Source of the DNA: Pseudovirgaria hyperparasitica
Lineage: Eukaryota
DNA length: 64,000 nt
Assembly (NCBI GenBank): GCA_010093815.1
Contig: ML996596.1
Reading direction: 5' to 3' (one strand)
Under the pieces are notes generated by a model. It was not told the DNA's origin and searched no databases. It was given only the letters and a program-made list of their open reading frames with translations. Made by a program: the position numbers and the translations under genes. Positions 42,350-57,600 of the stretch are shown piece by piece (the first letter of the stretch is position 1; each line of letters opens with the position of its first letter).

Positions 42350-45300
42350 ATACTAAGTAATCCCTACTACGATAATAGTAATAGTTAACTATATATCTAG
42401 TAGCTACGTAACTAGTACTTCTAGTTATAGTAGAAGTAGTAGTAGTAGTAGTAGTTATAGCCCTCTAAAGTAGCTACTAAAATTCTATAATAATAATTAC
42501 TATATCTTATCTAAGATAGAGAGCTTCTATAAAGATATTAATAGTAAGTATAATAAAGAGATTCTTTATAAGTTAATCTACCGTTATAGTAAGAAGACTA
42601 TCTAACTCTATATAGCTAATAGCTATAAGAACTTTAAGGCGCGCCTTACTATTAAAAATCTAGAGTATTTCCGCGCCGGGAATAATACTAAGATTAAGAA
42701 GTTTATTCTAATAATAGTATAGCTTAATATTATATCTACTAGGCGTTATAAGGTAGATCTTAGCCGCCCTTACTTTAGACATCTAGCTCTTATCTATATC
42801 TACTCTAAGGTTACTATAAAGGTATATATAATCTATTATAAGAATAAACGCTACTTTACGTTCTACCGTATTTCCCCCTCTAGTCTCTAGATATTATTTA
42901 GTTATAGTAGATATACTAATTATAGTATAGATAGTAAGTAGTTACGCTATTCCTTCGTAGCTAATAAAAGTAAGTTATATCTCTTTTAATTATACTATAA
43001 TAAAGATCTCTAACTAATAATTAGAAAAGCTAGCTAAGACCTCTATCTATACTAGTAAAGCCTTATACTCTTATTAGTCTTCTACTACTTCTATATATAC
43101 TAGTAGACCCTTCTACTTACGCTAGTCGTCTACTATAAAGATAACCTCTAGACTAGTTATACCGTGCTATCTTATAAAGAAGTCTAATCTTTAGACTATT
43201 ACCTAGGCGGTTAACTCTAAGAATACTAAGGCTATACGCCGTCGCGTCCGTGAACTTTACGACCTTATAAAGAAGATAGAGAAATATACTAATAATACTA
43301 AGGCTAATACTAACTTTAAGAGTTTCTCTAAGTAGATAGTACTATCGCTATATAGCTAGTTAGTTAGGGTAGTAGCGGTATAACTATACTTCTATATAGA
43401 TAAATACTAAGCTCTTTCTCTAATATCTATTCTATCTAGATATTTATTATAAGTATTATAAATCTAAAATTCTTAGCTATATAGTTATAAAGTCTAGAAG
43501 ATATAGCGCTAATCTAAAGGAGAATAGTTTAGGGTATTAATCTTACTACTATACGGCGATATATAACACCTAAAATTAAAAGAAACTTTCTTAATCTATA
43601 ATATCCTATAATATAGGTATAGTAATTATTTAGCCCTACTACTAGCGTAAATAATAGTAATCTTAATCTTAGTAGCTCTATATATATCGCCATATCTATA
43701 ACTATTATAGAATATCTAAGCTTATTATAACCCTACTAATTAATATACGACTCGACTACTATAGTAAATATATAAATATACTAGTAAGTATATTTTATGA
43801 TAGGTATAAGAGAGTATTATATAAATAGAAGGTATGGTACCTAGGAAAACGTCTAATTAAAATACTAGAAGCGCGATAGAATTTAAATATAAGTAGAGAT
43901 TAAGATAATTTATATCGCGGATATAGATAATAGTTTCTATAATATCTACGTAAAGAGTAATAGGATAACTAGAATAATATAGTACTAGAAGAAAAGGAAA
44001 TATTTAAGACTATTATAGAGTAGTTTAAGTAAGACTAGTATCGTAGCTAGATAGAAAGGACTTTAGAGTATACGATGTTCCTTAGTATACTATCTAGTAT
44101 ATACTTATTATTATTAGGTAGAATAATATAGATATTCTTAGGGTTAGTAACGCGGCTAATAGTAATATATAGCTAGCTATAGATAAATACCTCTAGGTCT
44201 AGGAGGAGGCCTATATTCTAAAGACTCTAGCCCTACGACTTATTAATTATTATAGTAAATACTAGCTTAACTAGAAATTAGCGTCGCTTAAAGTCTATTC
44301 TATTCTTTAGCTTCTCTATAATAAATAGTATCTATAGAAGTTAGACTATCTCTCTATATTATCGTATACTAAGAATCTATACTATAATAGTTCTAGTATT
44401 AATACTAGATACTCGAAGTTATATACTATTATAGAGATAATTACTTAGATTAATATTTTATAGTAATATCATGATATATCTAATCTTAAGTTATAGCTTA
44501 TATAGTAGGATTCCTAGTATCTTAAATACGTTTATCTACTCGAGTATTATAAAGCTAGTACTATTATTATTCTTTAGTTTATTAACCGAGTATTAGGTTA
44601 TAACTTCTTCTAGTATCTATAATAGTAGATATTTATTTAGTATATCTACTTTCTAGTTATATACGGTAAGAATAGTAGATAATTAGAGGGTCTCTAAGGT
44701 AAGACCCCTAGGCTATTATATAGTAGAAAAGATTTAGCTTACTAATATATCTAGACTATAACTAGGTATAAAGTACTAGGTACTCTAAGTAGTATATCTA
44801 TTATAGCTAGAGTAATTTCTAACGTTAAGAACCTTTACTATAAATCGCTCTATCTTATTATAATAATACTCTATTATTCTAGGCGCCTAAAGACGTATAT
44901 TTATAGTAAGGCGTAGTATATAGACCTAGGGCTAGAGATATAAGTTCTTTAGGTATAATTAGATAATCTATAACTAAGTACTACGTAGAATAATTAGAAG
45001 AGTCTATTAAAAGTCGCTATAGAAGTATATTACTATACTACTAAACGCCTCTATATTCTAATTATAGATGTTATATATTATTTAATCTACTACCTTAATA
45101 GAATATTAATACGATATTATATACTTATTCTAGAAATATATATCTATGGTATAGAGTATACGGCTAAGATAGGTACTAGCGCTAATATTATAGCTAGTAT
45201 TACGCTCTATCTAGAGGGGAATCTTAAAACGGGAATATACTATTATACTACTATATAAAAGAATTATAGTAATACTAGAGAAGGTAGTTACTAGTACGAC

Positions 45301-48300
45301 TTTCCTAGAAAGTTATAGTATATCTAGTACTAGATTCTATACTAGTATCTTCTCTATTCTACTAGGTCTATTAAGAAAGAAGATCCCTCTATAACTAGTC
45401 TCTATAGTATCTAATAGAGTATTATATATATATTATAACTTCTAGTTTAGACTAGAAAGATACTATATAATAAACTACGCTAGGTTATTATAACGCTAGT
45501 TTATCTACTTATAAAGAATATAATTTCTATCTAGTATAGTTATATAGAGCTAATTAAAGGCTAGTATAGAAAGTACGATATAGTTTATATCTATTTCTAT
45601 ATACTAGAGATAGTCGTGAATATAGTAGAGTACTAGCTTATATTACTATATAACTATTAGCTTAGGGACCTAGAAGTACTTATAAAGCTAGTAGATATAG
45701 TTATTACTAAGGGTATCCTTAAACTAGTTCTAGAGATCTTAATTACTACCTTAGTTATTAGCTTATACTATAATAATAAATATCTATTATAGGTCTACTA
45801 TAGACTAAGTACCTATAATCTCTATAAGCGCTAGCTAGTATTTACCGTTATTATAAAGTAGTCCTTATATAGTATATATATTATAGTATATAGAATATAC
45901 TATACTATTATATATTCTTATATTATTAAATAATATCTACCTAGAGATATAGAAAAGTAGAGTTCGTAGATAGAATACCTCTCTAGCTATCTACGGTATC
46001 TAGAGTAGATAACTAATTAAGAACTTACTATATTACTCGCGCTATATCTTATTCTAGATCTAGGTATAATACTAGGGAAACTCTATATAATAGAGTCGTA
46101 GTAGCCCTATAATAGCACGCTACTAGTTTATAATAAAGAACTTAGTTAGTATTATATTCCTAGCCTATACTAGGATAGATATATTCCCTAGTAAGTTATT
46201 ATTACTATATTAGAAGATAACTATTTACTAATTCTTCTTATATATAGTAAGTATCTATATAGAGGGGAACTAGCTATAGGATAGTAGACTTATAATACTA
46301 TAGATAGCCTTATAGCTAGAGAGATAGCGTATATTAATAAAGACCTTTATCTTATTAAGAATCTAATTCTAGGGAGGATACTCTACGCTAGTACTATAAT
46401 AACTCTATTACTACTAATAACTAGCTTAAGTATAACTATTACTATAGCCGCGATACTATATACTACCTATATATATCTACTACTCTAGGTCTAGATATAA
46501 TCTAGAAGGATTCTAGTTATCGCGCTATATAAGGACATTTACTATATCTAGACTCTTATATATATACTTAAATATATACTTAAATATATCTATACTATAG
46601 TATAACTTAATATTAATATATATATTATACCGTTTTAAAAGGTAAGAATTATATAGTATAATATTATAACTTAAGTAGATATACTAATTATTATTTCTCT
46701 AGTAGATATATACGCTAGTATAACGCTAGTAGAATGGCTCTTTTCTAACTAGTAGTAATATCTTATTTATATATAGAAAGGGGAACTAATAGTAAGTTAA
46801 TATACCTACTAATAAGCTAACCTACTAATAAACCACGTGATTTAAGTACGACTCTAAACGCCTATATTAATAACTATATACTTAAAATAGAGGGAATTTA
46901 TATAAATAAGCCTTATATACCTCCTTAGAGGCTATCTATCTAGTCTATAGTAATTAAGTCTCTAATTCCTTAAGCTTTTCCGCACGTTTAATAGCTCGAA
47001 CTACCTCTACTACCGCCTCCTTCTTCTCCTTATCCATGGCCTTCTTTATATATATAATATTCGTAAATTACTTATTAAGGTCTATTTTAACCTTCTTCTA
47101 TTTCCTCTTTTAGACTAGACTATTATTTTAAGTCTTAAGCTTAGCTATACGCGTCTCTAATTATCTAATATTAGCTATTAGCTATTCTACGGACCATACT
47201 AATAAGAATAGTAGATCTTAAGTCTTATTTAATAGCTTACTATTAGATCGGAGTACCTCCGCCCTATAGTATATATCTTAAGGGCTATAAGATATATTAG
47301 CTAGATTCCGTTACTATATAGATAGAGGTAGAGTCCTTAGATACTTACCTAAATTAGGTAATATAAAAGGACTATTTATCCCTTTTAAGTAATTAAAAGG
47401 GTATAGCTCTATAGCCCTCTATCCTTCTATAATCTAAGACGGTTATAGTTATTATTTTTATACCTTGTGGTAGTACTTAATAAATCGAAGCTTCTTTAGT
47501 AAAGCCTTATTATTAAGATATATTAATTTATTAAGAAGGTTACGATATTTCCTCTTTAGACTAGAAAAATAATCTAAGTTAAGTAGCTATAGTATATAGC
47601 TAGTATAAGTAGGTAAATAGACCACGTAGATTCTATTTATCTAGTATATATACGCGAAGTTAATCTCCGTATAGCTTCTATAGCTATTAACTAATAGAAG
47701 TCTCTACTTTCCTTCTAGAACCTTTATCTCTAGTATAAATATACTCTATAGCTACTTTAGAGTAATCTAATTTAACGTCTAACTATATAGAGATATTATA
47801 TATACCTAATTAGAAGGATCGTCCGGGAACTATATAGTCTAAATTATCTTCTTTTTAAATATAATTATAGAACGAAGCTTCCGTTCTATTACGGATATAT
47901 ACTCTATAATTAAGGTCTATTCGCGATTAGTAGGACCCCGAATATATATATTTTTATACTTAGAATTAACTTCTATCTCTCCCACGCGGTACTAATTAGT
48001 TATAACCTCTTAGACTATATCTTATTTATCTATATTCTAATAGTAATCGGGCGGAATATTAAATTCGGAGTAGATCTAATTATATAACGTGTAGAACGCG
48101 TTAATTATATTATAGATAGCGGCCCGTACCCGTTCCTTATTAAGGGCCTTACTAAGGAGTGTTTTAACACGTGTATTCTATATTAGGAACTTTATAACCT
48201 ATCTCTTACCTAATTTAACTATTTCTCTAGATATAGCCGCGATTTTAATTACTATATTACGGATAATCGCGTGGCTTAGGGCTATCTATACCCGATCTAA

Positions 48301-51300
48301 GTAGATTATCTAATTATATAGGTCCTTCTCTTAATTAGGAGATAGTATTTAAAGGTAATAATTAGCTACTTAGCGCGAGCCTTACTATCCGTTAAGGCGT
48401 TTTTAAAGAGTAGAGTATAGAATACTATAGGCGGTAGTAATAGCCTAGATTAATACGTAGGGATAATGACGGCGATAGCGAATAGCTATTAAGAGATTAT
48501 CTTCTAAATAAGACATTATAAGAAGATAGAGAAGGCGTAGTTATTAAGTATTTTAAGATTAAAGATTAAGTACGCGTATAGACACGTACTTAAATCACGT
48601 GGTTTATTAGTAGATTGGCTTATTAGTAGATATATTAACTTAATACTTATAGTAACTAGAATATCTCTTACTTATTATTATATATAGGCTTAATAGATTT
48701 ATATTACCGTAAGGCCTATATAGTATAGTATAATAGATAATTCTAAATAGTACTAGATTAGAGCTTAGGTCTAGAAGCTCTATATATATAGCGGTATTAA
48801 TCTTTTTAATAGAAGTAGCGCGATTATCTAGTATTATAATAATAAGAATATAGGTATATAGTAGTCTACGCTTCTAAAACTTAATAGAGTAGTAGTACGC
48901 GATATACTTTCTAAGGATATAGCTCTTTATTAGGTCGTATAGAAGCTATACTAGCTTTATATAGAAAACGTAATAGTAGAGATTAATTTAGTCTATTACT
49001 AATTCTTCTAGCACTAGCTTATCTATTACCTTATACTAGGCTAGATTATATATTATAGTAATAAAGAACTCTAGCGGCCTACTATTTACCGCTATAGCTA
49101 TTATATTAAAATATAGCTCTTATATAAACCGAGGGCCGCTATAGAAAGTCTTTCTAAGTATAATAGTACTTTCTAGCTTATAACTAGTTATATTAGAGTT
49201 TCTAAGCGCCTCTAGAAGCCTAGTAAAGTATATATAATAGACCTTACTCTAGTTTTACTACTACTAGGTAAGGCGATTTCCCTAGATTAACGTCTATATA
49301 TCTATTATAACCTTATAGAATAGATATCTAGTATAGAGTACTAGGTTAAGAGAATTAGATTAGCGCTATAGAAAGTAATTCTACTATATCTACTAGCTAA
49401 TACGCTCCTACTTATATCTATAATAGCTAAGCCGAGATCTACGCCTAGTAGTAATATTCTAGACTAGAGTCTACTTATCTTTAATAGTATAACTACTATA
49501 ACCACAACTACTACAACTATAATTACTATAACTATAACTATAACCTTAACTATAACCATAACCTCTCTCTAGAATAGCTATAATCTACTTATAGTAGTCT
49601 ACGCCTTAAGAATAATAGAGATTCTAGTATATAGAGTAGTTCTAGTTCTACTCTAGCGATCTATACGGAAAGAGTAGTAGAAAGTATATTAGAAGATATA
49701 TTATATAGAGGTTACTTATCTAGTATAGAGTACTATCTATATATTAGAGTATAATAATATTATACTACTCTATAACTAGCTTACCCTATAGTCTAACTAG
49801 GAGGAGTTCTATAATCTTATTATAGTTTAGTATATTCTATCTCCTTAGGTTATGGTTATAGTCTTTAATAATACTAATACTAAGACTAAGGGTAGGCTAG
49901 TCGCGTAGTATTTATATATTTATACGAAATGTCTAGATAAATAGATTTATTTAGTAGAGAACCTCCTTAATATACTATAGAATATTTTATAGAGATTCTA
50001 GAACGTAGTATAACGTAACCTACCCTACTTAGTCTAGTTATTATAGATATATAGCTATATATACTTTAGGTCGTCGTGGTTTAGTTATAGATTACTTATA
50101 AAATAGAGAAGCTTACTCTTTATAACTAGAGTATATACGTCTTAATAGCTATTCCTTAGAAGAGTATTCTATAGTATACTATTCTTAATATTAATCTTTA
50201 TAGAAATAAATAATACTAACTAGTTATAGTATCGTATACTCTATTAGAACTTCTCTATTATATAGTTCTTAATAGTAGTACTATTCCGGGTCTATTATAT
50301 CTATAAGAGAAGCTAGCGTAAGACTAGAGGATATTTAGATAGTACTAGAATCTATACTTTACTATTACTATAGTAAGGTATCTAAATCTCTCTATTTACT
50401 CTTATTACTAGAATCTCTTTATACTAGAAGGAGATATTATAGAACCTATATAACGTACTTAGACGGTAGAGAATATACTAAAAGTTACTTATAATAGAGT
50501 AGATAATACGGGTATATAGAGTAGCTAGCCTAGGTTTATAGTAGTAGGTACCTATTATATAGTATAGTACTTAATTATTTACTACTTCGCGACGCTAATA
50601 TATAGATATTTAGTATATCTAGAATTAATATTATAGTATCTACTAGAGGGGGTCTAAGGAAGACTTCTAATTATAATATAACTATTAGTATAGGGTACGG
50701 AGTACACGTTACTAAGATAGTAACTCTAGCCTTATAATATACTCTATCTAAGAACGACTTTATAGTATTTACTAGAGAGTATCTAAGGAAGAGTTCTAGT
50801 TATAACGTGACTACTAGTAAGAGATAGACGGTATCTATTATTAAGATAGCGATTTCTATATTATAATAATTTAACTCTCTCTACGTAAATAACTTTATAG
50901 TATCTACTATAGAGAGTCTAGAGAGGAGTCTTCCTCTATAACTAAAGGTAGCTATTATAGAGTAAGTATAAGTTCTAATTATAGTATAGAAGGAGTTCTA
51001 AATATATTATCTAGTAGGTATTTATCTATTATAATACTTACTAATCTATCTATAGAACTATCTATTATCCGGGACTATCGTAGATTAAATTAAATTAGCT
51101 TTTAAATAGATTAAGGTCTAGCTAGCTATATACTAAAGAGCGTACGCCGTAGTATATATAGAAGGCTATTAGTATAGTATAGAGTTATTTAGAGAGTATT
51201 TAGATTACTTACGACGTAGTAGAGTAATAATTAGAAGGTATTATAGAGTTAGTAATAACGTTAGCGGCTCTAGCTCTTAAGATATAACTATTATAGAGGA

Positions 51301-51450
51301 CGGGGTATAAAGAGAATAATAGTTTAATATTATAGAGGACTAGAGGGAAGAAGTTAGTATAAATACAACCGTAATAAAGGGACTTAGAAGGATATAAGTA
51401 GAAATTAGTATAGAGTATTCTAGTCTATTATAGAGCTAGTACTTAGTAAG
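42350..51450 (+). pseudogene. Extremely RIP-degraded host-type gene(s), unidentified, interrupted by a Fot1 element
   Basis: Long + frames with RIP-type stops and intron-like CTAAY..AG signals (~42350-43330, ~43840-46790, ~48650-51400). His/Asp-rich relic at ~49490-49563. No TE motifs recognised. Confidence 0.45.
46795..48640 (-). mobile_element. Fot1/pogo-like (Tc1/mariner superfamily) DNA transposon, 1846 bp
   Basis: ~56-bp TIRs (agttaatatacctactaataagc...cacgtgatttaagtacg) and TA TSD at 46793-46794 and 48641-48642. Transposase ATG at 48516(-) with an HTH, plus DDE relics (W)RLLLV(DGHGSH) at ~47670-47706 and LP(AH)TS(H).L(QPLD) at ~47575-47617. Confidence 0.95.
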
Positions 51451-51860
51451 AAGGCTAGTAGAGATAGTAATATATATTACTATAACTTTTAAATATTTAT
51501 ATTCTTTCTCTTTATTTATAGTAGTATAGTAGATATATAGAGAAAGAGAATAGAGGAAGAGAATAGAAGAGGAAAAAAAAAGGCCTTAGGCATGCTAGAA
51601 GATTAATACTCTATACTAAGATATATAAATTTTTAACTCTCGAACCTACTACTAAACGCGATACTAGAGGCTTATAAACCTATCTCGTCTATAAGTATAG
51701 CCCTATAGAGGGTAAAAAGTATATAAAAATACTTATCGTAGATAGGGCTATAAAACTAGGGACTAGATTTTTAAATTAAGGCCTAGTTAATTTAATATAT
51801 AGTAAAAGGTGGATTTTTCGTCGTAATTCTAGTAAGGGCGCTAGCGGGCGCTAGATAAAA

Positions 51861-53820
51861 TATTATATCTTTTTATAATTCCTTTAGAATATTACTATAT
51901 CTCTAATATAGAGATTATTATACTCTAGATTACCTCTATTCTAGAGTTATCTCTACTTCTACTCTAGAAGAACGTCTATACCTCTAGAGCTAGAGTAGAA
52001 TAAGATATATATCTTTCTTTTAAGAAGTCTAAGGGTATATAAAGAATTATTATATTATTATAAGCTAGTAGCCTTAGCTCTAAGGGCTCTATAAGACTTA
52101 TATATAATTAATATATTCTTTTATATCTTATAATATTAAAAGAAGATTATAAATATATATTAGAGTCTATCTAAGTAGATATAGATAACTCTATTTTTAA
52201 AATCCCTAAACTAAAGGGTAGTTCTAATTATAAACTATAGGCTTTAAGAATAGAATCTATTCTAACTAGAGAGAATTATTAAGACTTTATCTATAATAAT
52301 ATAGAGTCTTATTCTAATATAGAAGACTAGCCTTATATACTAGAGAATATAAGAAAAGCTACTTCTATTATTAGATTATCTCTAGAAGATAGCCCTTTAT
52401 TATAGACTAGTTCTATTAGTAACCCTTATATATTATAGAATACTTTAAAGAACTTATACTAGGCTATAGGTTTTAGCTCTAAATTTATACTTTCTAAAGA
52501 GCTTATAAACCTTAGTATTAATTTCTATAAAGGAAACTTAGAAGACTATCTAAGTAATTTTAAGAGAATAGTAAATAGTCTAGAGTCTAAAGCTATTAAA
52601 CTTCCATCTAAGTTTCTTATAGCTCTATTATTAAATAATCTAAATAAAGATTATAAATATATTATAGCTCTTATTACCCAGAATATAAGAGTTAATAATA
52701 ATAGAGAAATAGACCTAGAACAAATTATTATTTAACTATTAGACGAGTCTAGACGTCTTAAATCTATTAGAGGTAATAAGAATTATAACTCTAATAGTTC
52801 TAAGGAATTAATAGACGTCGAAATGTCTAATAATACGTCTTCTAATAATAATAATAAGAAGAAGACTAAATGTAGTTACTGTAAAAAACTAGGACACCTA
52901 GAAAATACCTATTTTAAAAAGCATTCTAAATTAAAAAAGAATAAGAAGAATAAGACTACTAAGTCTAGTAGTTCTATTAATAATAGTATAGAAGACGAAT
53001 CTTTAGATAAAGAACAAGTCTTAAATACTAAAATTAATACTATTAAAAGTAATAATAGTATTAACTTTATTCTAGACTCAGGTACTACTATCCATACATG
53101 CTATATTAAAGAACTATTTATTAAAAATAGTATTAAACCTACTAATACTAGTATTAGATAGGGAAATACTAATAGTTCTATTATAGCTAAATTTAGAGGA
53201 GATATTAAAGTCTATTTTAATAGTACTAAAGAACACGTAACTATTAAAGATGTATTATATACTCCAGAACTAGGTGTTAACCTTCTTAGTCTAAGTCTAA
53301 TTACTAAGAAAGGTTATACCCTCTCCTTTAATAAGGAAAATTACTTTATTTATACCCCTAGTAGAAAATTACTAGCTAAGGGTATATATAAGCAGGGGGT
53401 ATCTACTTTTAGTACTATAAGCTCTAATAATATACCTCTAGAGTATATAGATAATAAAATATTATCTACTCTAGATATAGAAGAAGAATTAGAAGATATA
53501 GACTTTATTTCTAATAAGTCTAATTCTAAAGAATCTAATTCTATAGAGTCTAATTCTATAGAGTCTAATTCTAGAGACTCTAATATAGAATCTAGCTCTA
53601 GAGACTCTAATTCTATAGACTCTAATTCTAGAGACTCTAATATAGAATCTAGCTCTAGAGACTCTAATTCTATAGACTCTAATTCTAGAGACTCTAATTC
53701 TATAGACTCTAATTCTATAGACTCTAATTCTATAGACTCTAATTCTATAGAAATTACAAAAGATATAGAAGAACCTAGTTCTAATATATCTAAAAATAAA
53801 GAGCTTATAGTCTATAATAA
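51861..53820 (+). mobile_element. Ty1/Copia LTR retrotransposon, 5' part (probable LTR, gag, protease); ends at the gap
   Basis: PKLKGSSNYKL(W)ALRIE at ~52205, knuckle CSYCKKLGHLENT(Y>C) at 52871, protease FILDSGTTIHTC at ~53066. LTR limits are approximate. Confidence 0.88.
53510..53752 (+). repeat. 15-bp coding repeat (tctaattctatagac, S-N-S-I/R-D/E) inside Copia pol
   Basis: About 15 visible tandem units. Confidence 0.85.
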
Positions 53821-54360
53821 NNNNNNNNNNNNNNNNNNNNNNNNNNNNNNNNNNNNNNNNNNNNNNNNNNNNNNNNNNNNNNNNNNNNNNNNNNNNNNNN
53901 NNNNNNNNNNNNNNNNNNNNNNNNNNNNNNNNNNNNNNNNNNNNNNNNNNNNNNNNNNNNNNNNNNNNNNNNNNNNNNNNNNNNNNNNNNNNNNNNNNNN
54001 NNNNNNNNNNNNNNNNNNNNNNNNNNNNNNNNNNNNNNNNNNNNNNNNNNNNNNNNNNNNNNNNNNNNNNNNNNNNNNNNNNNNNNNNNNNNNNNNNNNN
54101 NNNNNNNNNNNNNNNNNNNNNNNNNNNNNNNNNNNNNNNNNNNNNNNNNNNNNNNNNNNNNNNNNNNNNNNNNNNNNNNNNNNNNNNNNNNNNNNNNNNN
54201 NNNNNNNNNNNNNNNNNNNNNNNNNNNNNNNNNNNNNNNNNNNNNNNNNNNNNNNNNNNNNNNNNNNNNNNNNNNNNNNNNNNNNNNNNNNNNNNNNNNN
54301 NNNNNNNNNNNNNNNNNNNNNNNNNNNNNNNNNNNNNNNNNNNNNNNNNNNNNNNNNNNN
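53821..54360. other. Assembly gap
   Basis: Run of N. Confidence 1.
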
Positions 54361-54642
54361 ACTTATAGACTCTATAGTAGAACCTAATAGAACTCTATAG
54401 AAGTTCGTGTTTCTAAAGACCTCTAGAAGTTTCTAGAGGGTTCTAGAAACTTCTATAAGAGTATAGAGTATTTATATATATAAGTAGATAATATTAGTAA
54501 TATCGATTACTAATATTAAGCTATTCCTAATAAGGAAGTACCTTATATAAACTTATTAGATATAGTAGAGGTTAAGTTTATACACCCCCTTAAGTTTTAT
54601 AAGGTATCTATATATATAAATATATATAGAATAATATAGATA

Positions 54643-57600
54643 AATCTATAGAGGCTTATACCCTCACGGACTAAACTAGTTAATTCGGGGTAATATAGCG
54701 ATCTATATACATTAAACGATAGAGTATACCGAGTATAATAACCTCTAATACACGTACGTACGTACAGCGTATAATATACGACGATACTAACGTATAGAGA
54801 CGCTATATATATACGCTCGAAGGCTCTTCGATAACACGAGTAAAGACTATCTCTAATAAACGCTAATACGCTAACCCCCTTTTTATTAGTTACGGATAGC
54901 CCTTTACTAATAATTATAGCGGCCTTAGGCACCGACGTACCTCGGCTTCTACTAGGTATACCCCTAATACTAGTACGGTAGAAACGGCTATATAGCGGTA
55001 TATCCTAGAATAATCAAACCCCCGTCTAATAAACAACGAATAACTAAGGGCGTATAATACTATAGATAATAGAGACGGAGGGGACCCCGCCCGGGGAGAC
55101 CCTCCTAGATAAGATTAACTACTAGGTAGCACGTATAGAGGGGGAAGTTAAGAAGGGAGAAACGGCCCTCCTTAGTATCTTCCGGAACCTTATCTAGAAT
55201 ATTAGGGAGCTTACTATAGGAGTAAAATAGACGCCGGAACTAGACCCGGAATCTAGACTAGATCGTATAGAGGCCAGCCTATAGAGGATCTAGAAGGGCC
55301 TTACCTAGGGAAAACGCCCTAGTACGTGGGCATAGGTCGCCGCACCTATAAGCGGAACAGCCATGTTAGCTAAAACACTAAGGGCACCTACGGACGGGGT
55401 ATATAGTATATAAGTTACTATCTAGGATAAAGAAGTACTCGTATAAGTCTAGTAAGCGTCCCTAAAGGATATTATAAATAAGATTAACGAATAGAAAGGG
55501 ATATAGTTAAATATAGTAGCCGCTAAACTCACTCTAGGAGGTATAGTACTAACTACTACTACTAATATAGTCTAGTAGACCATCTCGCGCAACCCGAACG
55601 CGATTAATAATATCTTCCCTAGCGTGTCTATCCGCGTAACCACGTACCCGATATAGGTATATACCGTCCCTATCCGAGGACACGTTATTAGAGAAGACGA
55701 TATTAAGCGAATAGAGTAATCTAACGAACTAAAGTACCCCGGGATTAAGATCGCGAAGGCGTAGTAGAAGAACGTCTAAGGGATTAAGATAAAATTAAAA
55801 AAGTACTCTACTATAATAGTAGAGCTTAGGGACCCCGCTCTCGCCTATAGAATAATATAGGAGGGCTTCCTAGCCGAAGGAGAGCTACTTACGGCAGAAC
55901 TATAGGATAGGGCATAGGTAATAACGTAATGCTTTAACTATTAAGGATATAGATATACTAGGTAGAGGTACTCTTAGAAGACCGTCTATAGGTAGTATAA
56001 ATAGAGCTATAATACTAAGGAATACCCTTATAAGACGTAGAGCGACGAGACGTGAGACAGGGACACCGCTAAGTACTCTAACTATAATAGGAAACACCTA
56101 TCCTAGTCGGTAACGTATACGAAACGTAAGTAGGTCGTAGAATATATTAACGCGATAAAGATAAGAGAGGCGAGATAGATATACTAAGCTATAAGGCCCT
56201 CGCTACCCTCGCCGCTATCCCTAACTTTACTTATAAATCCGGTAACCACCCCCCGAAGGGGAGAGGATAACGCGTAATAGTATACTATATAGAGAAAGAT
56301 AGGCCGACCCCGGGGTATACTTAAAGCCGCTACCACGCGAGGATAATTACGCCTTAGTACTACTAATATATAGACTTGAACTTTCCCTAGCACCTAATAA
56401 GGGTATAAGATATACTTATTATTATATAGGCGAACGTATAATATAAACGAGAAAACTAAGCGACACTCCTAGAAGAGATAGGAGCCGTAATAATAGCTAT
56501 CTAGAAACTATATAAACACTACTAAACTAATAAGCTAATAATATACCTAGGATACTATACCATCTACCCCACGGGCCCGGATAGGAGAGTTATATTTTAT
56601 ATATATAAGTCGATCCCGCTCTTAGAATGGTCTTATACCGAACGTAATAATCTCCGGATAATACTATATCTCTAGATAAGTATAGGGCCTCTCTATATCT
56701 ATTATATCTATAATTAATAGCGATCGCTTACGCTAGATGATATACTCGAGAGTACTATGACGCCGGGATAACATATCCTCCTAGGCGACTTTAATCTCTA
56801 CTATAGGTAGTAGGGAGGCCTAGCCGTCGCGAGAGAAGAACTTAGAGTAAGGGAACTATATATATAGTACTATGACTTTCTATACCTCCTTATACCTATA
56901 GGGTAGATTACCTAGAGGAAACATAAATAGGATAAGGACGGGTCTACGCTCGACCTTACCCTCGCTACCGAGTACATTAGCCATAGAGTATAGTACTACC
57001 GCCCGAGCCGGATATAGACGGACTCCGACCACGAATATATAGAAACCATAATAGACGTCTCTACTCTTAACGAATAACGTGGGAAATAGCTATAGAAGGA
57101 TACTAATTAGAATAAATACCTAGAGGACCTAGAATCGGCGATTCTAGACCCCTCTATAGTCGACGTATCTAACGGCCTAGCTATAGATAAGGCCGTATAA
57201 GTCCTCCTTTAAGTATACTAAGCTATAAGAGATAAACACGTGCTATACTAAACGTATAGACCCCTAGAAGCAAGGGGTATACCTTAAATGCGAGAGTATA
57301 GAAGAGACGCCCGTAGACTATATATACGTGTATACTATATCCGGATAACCAAGACGTAGGAAGAGTAGAAGAAAGTAGTGTAATATCGTGATAGGGCCCT
57401 CCGTAATAAACGACGAAAATAATAGTATATAATTATCGATAAACACACACGGTAAGCCGTAGGGCTATAGCGTATAGTAAAGTAGGCTAAGGGTATAGAC
57501 GCGCTAACACCGCCGCTACTAATGCCTCCCCTAATATACTAAGAGAGGATATACTCTATAAGCCCGGAGAAGACGGAGATCTTACATAAAGTTATGTTCC

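Noticed and set aside
44700..45100. NACHT/NLR call from LYILIID (Walker B-like) at ~45049
   Set aside because: No in-frame Walker A was found upstream, and the region is too degraded.
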